DNA of 24,000 nucleotides, taken from positions 19,237-43,236 of the forward strand of contig JBHLME010000013.1 in NCBI GenBank assembly GCA_048938445.1. Reading direction: 5' to 3'. This document shows positions 6,651-13,727 of the stretch, piece after piece. The position numbers and the translations under genes are program-made. The notes under the pieces were generated by a model. It was not told the DNA's origin. It ran no database searches and saw nothing but the letters and a program-made list of their open reading frames with translations. Within the stretch, counting starts at the first letter, position 1. The number at the start of each line of letters is the position of its first letter. The DNA is from Promethearchaeota archaeon (GTDB lineage Archaea; Asgardarchaeota; Lokiarchaeia; Sigyniarchaeales; SOKP01).

Positions 6651-8264
6651 TTGATGTTTAATGAAATAAAATCATTTGATACAAGACCACTTATTAAAAT
6701 AATTGAAAAAGGTCAAGATTGGATTCTTGACCGTTTATTTACTTATGCTACTAAATTTAATTTTGTAAAGTATACATCTACTCTTAAAGAAGCCTGGAGG
6801 ATATCCATTGAAGGATTAACTGAACCATTAATAGAAGCACTTAAGCAGACAAATAAAGTGCCTGATTTTGGTCCTGATGAGGACTTTATGAAGGATTCAA
6901 TTGCATCATTTGGTATTTTAGAAGCACAGAGACATAGAGATCGTGGCGTGACGCTAGGGATGTTTCTGGGATTAATCAAGTATTACAAGCAATCATATAT
7001 AGACTTGATAATAGAAAGCGGTTTTGAAAGGCAATATGAAGATTATTGTAGACTTTATATAGATAGATTTTTTGACCGAGTCGAATTGGGTTTTTCTACT
7101 GAATGGGTGTCAAAACCTCAAGAGCAACTCATACAAGATCTCCAAGATACTAATCGAAGAATGACAAATGAAAAGAATAAATATCTTACTTTTTTTGAAA
7201 GCCTACCAAATCCGGCGATTTTTATTAATTTACATAACAAAATAGAGAACATAAATAATAGTGGATCAAAAATATTTGGATTTTCAAAAGTTCCCGGAGC
7301 GTTATATTATAGTGAAATAAAAGATAATACCATACCACTTTGGATGAAAGATGAGTTAAACAAATTCATTACAGAAGACTTAGAAGAATTTAATTATGAA
7401 AAATCAATTGAGACGAATATAGGTCCACGTTATTTTAATATAATGATGAAAAAAATGCTTGATGTCAGTTCCAAATTTAGCGGAGTAATTATTATTTTAA
7501 ATGATCTTACTAAACGCATCGAAGCAGAACAAAAATTAAAAGAATCTGAAAAACGTTATAGAAGAGCATATGATCAAGCAAATATGTTTAAGGATATTAT
7601 AATACACGACATAAATAATATTCTTCAAATAATTCAGTCATCAGGAGAACTTTATTCATCTTGTCGAAATGAACCAGAAGATTTGAAAGAAATTGATAAT
7701 TTACTTGAAATGATAAAAAAGGCAGTTGAAAGGGGAGTGGCTTTAGTCTCCAATGCTCGAAAATTATCCCAGCTTGAAGATGCAAGAATGTCCATTCAAT
7801 CGATGGAAATGTTTAATATTTTGCATGAATCAATCAATACTCTCAAGTTAAATTTTAAGGACCAAAATATCAACGTGAAAATTCAAACTTATAGCGATCA
7901 TATAACCATTAATGCAAATGAACTACTTACAGACGTGTTTGATAATATTTTAGTAAATGCCGTGAAATACAGTGAAAATACAACGATAGAAATTAAAATA
8001 ATTATCTCTAAAGAGCAAGAGGAGAATGAAAGTTTTATTAAAATGGAATTTAGAGACAATGGACAAGGGATTCCGGATTTTATAAAAGAAGCAATATTCC
8101 AAAAAGGTTCTAAACATAAAAGCGGAAAAGGTTTAGGTTTTGGATTATCACTCGTTATGAGAATATTAGAGAGTTATGGTGGCAAAATTTGGGTTGAGGA
8201 TCGAGTAATTGGAGATCATACCCAAGGAAGCAATTTTGTCTTATTACTTCCTGAAGCAATGTGA
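6651..8264 (+). CDS. soluble sensor histidine kinase (helical N-terminal domain + PAS + HisKA + HATPase_c)
   Basis: H-box IIHDINNILQIIQ, N-box NILVNAVKYS, G1 DNGQGIP, G2 GKGLGFGLSLV, and one PAS-like segment at about residues 185-290. No TM segment. TTG at 6651 is followed directly by ATG at 6654 and either may be the start. GGGGG lies at 6642-6646. Confidence 0.9.
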   Translation: MMFNEIKSFDTRPLIKIIEKGQDWILDRLFTYATKFNFVKYTSTLKEAWRISIEGLTEPLIEALKQTNKVPDFGPDEDFMKDSIASFGILEAQRHRDRGVTLGMFLGLIKYYKQSYIDLIIESGFERQYEDYCRLYIDRFFDRVELGFSTEWVSKPQEQLIQDLQDTNRRMTNEKNKYLTFFESLPNPAIFINLHNKIENINNSGSKIFGFSKVPGALYYSEIKDNTIPLWMKDELNKFITEDLEEFNYEKSIETNIGPRYFNIMMKKMLDVSSKFSGVIIILNDLTKRIEAEQKLKESEKRYRRAYDQANMFKDIIIHDINNILQIIQSSGELYSSCRNEPEDLKEIDNLLEMIKKAVERGVALVSNARKLSQLEDARMSIQSMEMFNILHESINTLKLNFKDQNINVKIQTYSDHITINANELLTDVFDNILVNAVKYSENTTIEIKIIISKEQEENESFIKMEFRDNGQGIPDFIKEAIFQKGSKHKSGKGLGFGLSLVMRILESYGGKIWVEDRVIGDHTQGSNFVLLLPEAM

Positions 8265-8305
8265 AAAATTGATAAATATTTCTATTTTTATAATTAAGTC
8301 TATGA

Positions 8306-8476
8306 CTATTTAGAATTACTGTTAGGTTTTTCAATTTTTCTAAATTCTTTTGTTATGAGAAATCGAATCATTTCCGTGTTATTTCTAATTCCATGGTATT
8401 CCTTAATGGCTTCTAGTTTGTCAAAAATTTCCATTTCCAAAGGAATATGCATGTCTTTACTTTTATCGTTTACCAT
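8306..8476 (-). CDS. ribbon-helix-helix (CopG/Arc/MetJ-like) small DNA-binding protein, 56 aa
   Basis: Below the ORF-track size cutoff. The reverse complement reads MVNDKSKDMHIPLEMEIFDKLEAIKEYHGIRNNTEMIRFLITKEFRKIEKPNSNSK*. It has the RHH layout: a short strand (HIPLEME), helix A (IFDKLEAIKEYHG), a turn, then helix B (NTEMIRFLITKEF). A second possible start is Met9. Confidence 0.55.
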   Translation of the reverse strand: MVNDKSKDMHIPLEMEIFDKLEAIKEYHGIRNNTEMIRFLITKEFRKIEKPNSNSK

Positions 8477-8535
8477 TAAAATAAATTTAAGTATAATTCT
8501 TAAAAAAAGTTATTGTTCAATTTATGAAAGTTTAA

Positions 8536-8590
8536 TGGATTAAATTTGGATTAATAGTGGGATTGAAGTGGATAAGTTAGGGATAACTTT
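8536..8590 (+). repeat. five phased direct repeats (T/G)GGAT(T/A)(A/G)(A/C/G), 10-12 bp period; candidate operator array
   Basis: GGAT starts at 8537, 8548, 8560, 8570 and 8581, giving spacings of 11, 12, 10 and 11. The units are TGGATTAA, TGGATTAA, GGGATTGA, TGGATAAG and GGGATAAC. Two further same-strand copies lie at 8706 (TGGATAAC) and 8727 (GGGATATA). The array sits 60-115 bp upstream of the RHH ORF start, in the divergent spacer shared with the CaCA gene. Confidence 0.5.
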
Positions 8591-8845
8591 AAATATGAAA
8601 AGTTAATATATTATTTTGTTTCCTTTCGATTAATGTAAATTCATTTAAGATTGAATCAAGATTATCAAAGTAAATTAATACTTCAAAATATATTAAGAAA
8701 GGTTTGGATAACCAGCATCTTAGTAGGGATATATCGGCGAAATTTTTATTGAAATCGATAACTCCGCAAATTAAGTAAATAAAATGAGATAATTACGAGA
8801 ATGAAAAGAGTAATAGTAAAAATCAATTAGAATGAGAAATTAAAA

Positions 8846-9811
8846 ATGATTCTATTCGTTTTAACGATATTTGCTTTAATAGGAGGTATTATCCTCATTA
8901 CTATCTCAAGTGACAAGGCAGTTAAACATACGGCCCATCTTGCAAGAGCTCTAGGCATATCTTCACTTATAATAGGAGTTACAGTGGTATCAATCGGAAC
9001 AGATCTTGCTGAAATTTTAAATTCGCTTATTTCTAGCTATTATTATCATGCAGACATTGATATGGGAGACTCTTTGGGTTCAATTTTTACTCAAATAACC
9101 TTAATTTTTGGATTATTACCTATTCTTTGTGGAATGTTCACAGTAAAACGAAAAGAAGTACTCATTTTAGGATCATGTGAAATTATATCCTTAATTGTAC
9201 TATACTCCGTTATTGAAAAGGGATACTTTACTCGAATTAATGCCCTCTTTGTAGTCGGTAGTTTAATTATTTATTTCTTAATAATTTACACAACGAATAA
9301 AGATGACTTCATTGATAGAGCCTCTAAATTCAAAATAAAAGAAATTGAAAGGAGTAAGAAATATCATACCTTAATTGCAAGTTTAGCTTTTTTAGGAGTA
9401 ACTATTAGCGCATTTACAATTGTATTTTCTATAATATATATTTCAGAAGTATTAAAAATTCCTGAATTTATCATTAGTTTTTTCCTTTTAAGCATTGGGA
9501 CTTCCCTTCCAGAATTAGCTGTTGATATTAGCGCTCTTAGAAGAAAAGAACATAATATCGCACTTGGAGATATTATCGGAAGTTGTATTGTAGATGCTAC
9601 ATTATCAATCGGAATTGGTCAAACATTTTTTCCTCAATCTGTTTCTGCTGATCTTGCCCTGATACCAATTATATATACTATATTCGCATCTTTCATAATA
9701 TTTCTAGTTATTTTTTTAAGAAAAAAGGTAGATAAAAGAGCTGGAATTCTCTTTATAGCACTTTATTTTTCTTCTTATTTATTTGTGCCCATTTTATATA
9801 ATTTTCTATAG
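8846..9811 (+). CDS. Na+/Ca2+ exchanger family (CaCA, YrbG-like) membrane protein
   Basis: 321 aa, about 10 TM. The alpha-2 signature is GTSLPELAVDISALRRKEHNIALGDIIGS and the alpha-1 is a degenerate SIGTDLAEILNS. The two halves are joined by a charged loop. Confidence 0.9.
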   Translation: MILFVLTIFALIGGIILITISSDKAVKHTAHLARALGISSLIIGVTVVSIGTDLAEILNSLISSYYYHADIDMGDSLGSIFTQITLIFGLLPILCGMFTVKRKEVLILGSCEIISLIVLYSVIEKGYFTRINALFVVGSLIIYFLIIYTTNKDDFIDRASKFKIKEIERSKKYHTLIASLAFLGVTISAFTIVFSIIYISEVLKIPEFIISFFLLSIGTSLPELAVDISALRRKEHNIALGDIIGSCIVDATLSIGIGQTFFPQSVSADLALIPIIYTIFASFIIFLVIFLRKKVDKRAGILFIALYFSSYLFVPILYNFL

Positions 9812-10038
9812 GGATTTATTATAAATAAGAATAATTTGATTGTATGTTGCGAAGATACGTATTATGTTCGTGAAAAATTAATTTAATATGATTTTTTTTT
9901 TTTTAAAGATATAATAAATATTAACTAGATTATTTTTTAAAAAATAATAATCAAATTTTTTAAGAATAATCCACAATATATATCTAATAGATACTCGAAA
10001 TAAGAAAATAGAACATTATATACACGGGTATTACGAAA

Positions 10039-10224
10039 ATGATCGACATAAAACTTTACAATGCTTTTACCCATGAATGCTTATGTCTACATTGTTCAAA
10101 AAATAGAAAGATTATAAATAAAAATGGAAGAATTAAAAAATGCATAAGCTGTACCAGGTATAGAAATACACCTAATCATTACGTTAATGTATGTGATGAA
10201 TGTGATGGATGTGGTACCTTTTAA
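10039..10224 (+). CDS. Cys-rich mini-protein (putative zinc-binding), 61 aa
   Basis: Eight Cys arranged as CxCxxC ... CxxC ... CxxCxxC (ECLCLHC, CISC, CDECDGC). Isolated ORF in a 700-bp spacer, with no homology that I can assert. Confidence 0.35.
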   Translation: MIDIKLYNAFTHECLCLHCSKNRKIINKNGRIKKCISCTRYRNTPNHYVNVCDECDGCGTF

Positions 10225-10495
10225 ATTTCATGATTTCTAAATTTTATAAAGCACGTTCTCTCTTAATAGAGAGCTCTCAATATTAAGAAAATTAGAATTA
10301 TTTTTACTTATTATTTAAAATTAAATTCTTGTGATTTTTAATTTGTGAGTTTAAAGCTTTTCTTTAAACGCTCTTAGTCTATTATATAAGCTCCAATTTA
10401 AACTACTTCAAAGATTTACCATATGAGTTTATATACTTTATGTATAATGTACATCATAAATCAAATTAGTAAATTTAAAAGAGAGGAAAAAAAAT

Positions 10496-10502
10496 AAGGA
10501 GG
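10496..10502 (+). promoter_or_regulatory. Shine-Dalgarno-like AAGGAGG upstream of the GTG start of the stomatin gene
   Basis: AAGGAGG at 10496-10502, 10 nt before GTG at 10513. It supports the GTG start call. Confidence 0.5.
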
Positions 10503-10512
10503 TTTTAAGCTC

Positions 10513-11307
10513 GTGATTGATCCATCAATCTTACCATTCATGATAATTATTGGAGTAGTTATAGTTTCACTGATAATACTAATTCCTTTCATTCTTTCTT
10601 CATTGAAAGTGGTTAGCGAATATGAACGATTAGTGGTATTTCGATTTGGGAGAATCCATGGGATTAAGGGACCTGGTATTGTATCCATTCTTCCCGGAAT
10701 TGATAAGACTCGTAGAGTTGATATGAGAACCATAACTTATGATGCTCGAATGATTAAAGTAGTGACAAAAGATAATGTTCGCTGTGATGTGGATTCTGTG
10801 GTGTACTATAGGGTAGTAGATCCCCAAAAAGCAGTAGTATCAATACAAAATTTCACGTTTGCTACTCAAAATTTAGCAAATACCGTATTGAGAGAAGTGT
10901 TAGGTAGAGCAGATCTTGATGACTTGCTTACAAAAACAAAAGAATATACCTTAGAAATTCAACAACAAATTGATACTAAAACAGATCCTTGGGGTATTAA
11001 AGTAAGTGATGTTGCTATAAGTGATGTGGTTCTTCCTGTAGAAATGCAAAGGGTTATCGCAAAACAAGCCGAAGCGGAAAGAGAAAAAAGGGCAAGAATT
11101 ATTATCGCTGAAGGTGAGTCTTTGGCAGCGCAAAAAATGGTGGAGGCCGCAAAAATGTACTCTCAAAATACTATCTCATTGAAATTAAGGGAATTACAAA
11201 CAATGGCAGAAATAGCAAGGGAGAAAAACTTAGTTGTAATCACTAATACAAGTGATGTCAATGAAATGGGCAAGATGGTTGCATTAAATAAAAGTATAGT
11301 AAGTTAA
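10513..11307 (+). CDS. SPFH/Band-7 stomatin-like protein
   Basis: 264 aa with an N-terminal TM hairpin, then the classic stomatin core: SEYERLVVFRFGRIHGIKGPGIVSILPGIDKTRRVDMR, VYYRVVDPQKAV, and a C-terminal AEAEREKRARIIIAEGE coiled coil. Confidence 0.92.
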   Translation: MIDPSILPFMIIIGVVIVSLIILIPFILSSLKVVSEYERLVVFRFGRIHGIKGPGIVSILPGIDKTRRVDMRTITYDARMIKVVTKDNVRCDVDSVVYYRVVDPQKAVVSIQNFTFATQNLANTVLREVLGRADLDDLLTKTKEYTLEIQQQIDTKTDPWGIKVSDVAISDVVLPVEMQRVIAKQAEAEREKRARIIIAEGESLAAQKMVEAAKMYSQNTISLKLRELQTMAEIAREKNLVVITNTSDVNEMGKMVALNKSIVS

Positions 11308-11384
11308 TCGGGTTCTTTAAAAAAAAGATTAAATCTAATTTTTTTATAGATTATTAAAAAATATATTGTTTAAATGATGAAAAA

Positions 11385-11942
11385 ATGGAAATGAATCTAA
11401 TTTTTATCTTAATATCCGTAGTTTTATTAATTTTAGGAATTTTATTCGTTGTTGGAGAAATAGAATCCGAAGAAGTTGATTTTTTTGGACCTGCAGCATT
11501 AATTTCTTTAATAATTGGAGTAATTTTTTGGTTTATATCTAATCCAATTCAATTGTTGAATTCATTAGAACTCTATGCTATTTTAACAATTGTGATTTTA
11601 TCAGTCGTAATTATCTTCTCTGGATTTTCTTTGTTATTAACAGTAAAGATGATAAAATCTAGAAATTATCCCACTTCAGAAGAGCAATTTCTAGGAGGAA
11701 TTGGAAAATCCGTAGAATTAATTACTAAGTCAAAAGAAGGATATATTAAATATAAAGGTGAATTATGGAAAGCTCGCTCTGATGAGACAATCGCACCAAA
11801 GAAAAATGTAAAAATAATTAAAAAGGAAGGGCTCATGCTTATAGTTGAACCTGAAGAATTCGAAAAATTTTTTTGTAAAAATTGTGGAGCAGAATTAAGG
11901 GAAGAGACTTTAATTTGTAGCGAGTGCGGTATTAGTATTTAA
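11385..11942 (+). CDS. NfeD-family membrane protein (short form, OB-fold C-domain) with extra C-terminal zinc ribbon
   Basis: 185 aa with 3-4 N-terminal TM segments, then the NfeD OB-domain pattern GKSVELITKSKEGYIKYKGELWKARSDETIAPKKNVKIIKKEGLMLIVEP. It ends in CKNCGAELREETLICSECG. It lies immediately downstream of the SPFH gene, which is the known SPFH-NfeD operon pairing. Confidence 0.85.
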   Translation: MEMNLIFILISVVLLILGILFVVGEIESEEVDFFGPAALISLIIGVIFWFISNPIQLLNSLELYAILTIVILSVVIIFSGFSLLLTVKMIKSRNYPTSEEQFLGGIGKSVELITKSKEGYIKYKGELWKARSDETIAPKKNVKIIKKEGLMLIVEPEEFEKFFCKNCGAELREETLICSECGISI

Positions 11943-11993
11943 AACTATATTTTTTTTGAAAGAACTAGTACTAGTAAGATTTTTTAGTAAAAT

Positions 11994-13493
11994 TTATTTA
12001 AATTTGAAATAATCTCGTTTAGGAATTAAAATTGTAAAATTACTTCCTTTCTTATAATCTCCCTTAATCCTATCTTCAACCCAGATTTTTCCATGATAAC
12101 TTTCAATGATCTTTTTTACCAAAGATAAACCAAAACCCATACCCTTGCCACCCTTATCTTTTTCGTGTCCTTCTTTAAATATAACTTCTTTTCTATCATC
12201 CTCAATTCCGATACCATTATCTATGAATTCAATTTTAATATATTCAACATCTTCAATTATATACGAAGAGATGTTGATTTTTATTTCTGTAATGGCACTA
12301 TCATTATATTTAGCAGCATTTATTAAAATATTTTCAAATACATTTGACAATAATTCATTTGCTTCAACGAAAAAAAGCTCTCCTTCAAAGTTTACATTGA
12401 TCTCAAAATGAATATTTTGAAAACCTTCTCGCACGAACTTTATGGCACTCCTTAATAAATCACAAACATCAATAGGTTGAGTAGGAAAATCTGTACTTTC
12501 AAGTTCAGAAAGCCTCCTGACATTTGTTACTAATAATGAACCTCGGACTATTTGTTCTTTCATTAATTTTATTAAATCTTCCGTGTCTTCTTTTCTATTA
12601 GGATCTTTTTGAAAAATACTGAGTAATGAGATTGAGGTTTGCATGATATGAAGGATATTATTAATATCATGGGTAAACAATCTTCTATAAAAACTCTGCT
12701 TTTCTAATGCCTTTTTTATGTTTTCTTCGGCTGTTTTTTTCTCAGTTACGTCCCTAACGATTATTAAATCTTTTTTATTTCCATGAACGTCAGTAAATCT
12801 CTTTCCTTTTACTTCTAACCAGATACCGCTTAAACTTTTTTGGTTAACTCCTTTAAATTCAAATTTGATTTCATCAACATCATTACTTGGATGCAATTGT
12901 TTCTTGATTTCTTCTACATCTGATACTGCAAAATCATACCATCTTTTCCCTATAAAACTCCCTTGTTCCATACCTGTAAGGTCATGTACTTGAGGACTGA
13001 TATACGTAAAAACACCTTTCATGTCCACTTCAGCAATAATATCTGAAGTATATTTAATGATATTATTATATTTTTCTGCTAAATCACTTAATTTTTTTTC
13101 AGATTTCTTGCGGTCGGTGATATCACTTAATACGGCCATTGGAATTAGCTTACCTTTCGACTTTGCCATGCTTCCTCTCATTGCAATAGGAACGAAATGG
13201 CCATCTTTGTGTTGAATTCTAAATTCCATGGCAATTTCATGCCTCTTTTTTATTGCTTCCATGATATTCTCTTCCAATTTTGGTTTATCATCTTCATGAA
13301 TAAAGTCAAAAATCTTTTTCCCTATTACTTCTTCTTGTTTATAACCAAATGCGTTGTAAACTTTAGGATTAATATAGGTAATGGTTTTATCTAAATCTAA
13401 CTCGACAATAACATCTTGAATGTTATTTATAAGGAATTCATATCTGTTTTCGGAGATATCTTCTTCTCCTTCTTTTTCCTTCGAGACCTGCAA
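11994..13493 (-). CDS. soluble sensor histidine kinase (2 PAS + HisKA + HATPase_c)
   Basis: 499 aa. H-box FTHDINNILHIMQ, N-box NILINAAKYN, G1 DNGIGIE, G2 GKGMGFGLSLV, and tail GKIWVEDRIKGDYKKGSNF. The start is TTG (complement of 13491-13493). The first internal Met is residue 78, inside PAS1. Confidence 0.9.
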   Translation of the reverse strand: MQVSKEKEGEEDISENRYEFLINNIQDVIVELDLDKTITYINPKVYNAFGYKQEEVIGKKIFDFIHEDDKPKLEENIMEAIKKRHEIAMEFRIQHKDGHFVPIAMRGSMAKSKGKLIPMAVLSDITDRKKSEKKLSDLAEKYNNIIKYTSDIIAEVDMKGVFTYISPQVHDLTGMEQGSFIGKRWYDFAVSDVEEIKKQLHPSNDVDEIKFEFKGVNQKSLSGIWLEVKGKRFTDVHGNKKDLIIVRDVTEKKTAEENIKKALEKQSFYRRLFTHDINNILHIMQTSISLLSIFQKDPNRKEDTEDLIKLMKEQIVRGSLLVTNVRRLSELESTDFPTQPIDVCDLLRSAIKFVREGFQNIHFEINVNFEGELFFVEANELLSNVFENILINAAKYNDSAITEIKINISSYIIEDVEYIKIEFIDNGIGIEDDRKEVIFKEGHEKDKGGKGMGFGLSLVKKIIESYHGKIWVEDRIKGDYKKGSNFTILIPKRDYFKFK

Positions 13494-13727
13494 TTTAATT
13501 TCTAATTTTTTGAGTTAGAATAGAAAATATTAAGTGAATGGAATTTTCCATCTTATCTAATAATTAACTTAATTAATCTTATAATATAAAAATAGAACAA
13601 ATTTTATAATTTTCTTCCTCTTGGAACGAACTAAAAAAATGTCGATAAATTAAGAACCTGCAACTTATTAAATGTATGATTTCAAAATATTATATATATC
13701 TTTAATACATTACATAAATAATTCACC

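Noticed and set aside
6743-7785. Antisense ORFs 6743-6979 and 7597-7785
   Set aside because: Both lie within the histidine kinase CDS, whose motifs fix the + strand frame.
8355-8543. 62-aa + strand ORF from the track
   Set aside because: Its product is low-complexity. The opposite strand encodes a convincing RHH protein at 8306-8476, and its 3' end runs into the GGAT repeat array.
10258-10273. Hairpin CTCTCT-TAAT-AGAGAG 34 nt after the Cys-rich ORF, as a terminator
   Set aside because: It has only a 6-bp stem and no following T-tract, so it is too weak to call.
10461-11166. Antisense ORFs 10461-10733, 10630-10827 and 10951-11166
   Set aside because: They are antisense to, or overlap the start of, the strongly supported stomatin gene.
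12106-13394. + strand ORFs 12106-12411, 13021-13215 and 13197-13394
   Set aside because: They are shadow ORFs inside the minus-strand kinase gene, with S/L/F/I-rich products.
13538-13551. The palindrome as an origin recognition box (mini-ORB), marking a replication origin
   Set aside because: The half-sites are in the opposite order to ORB cores. There is only one copy, no G-string, and no cdc6/orc1 gene nearby.
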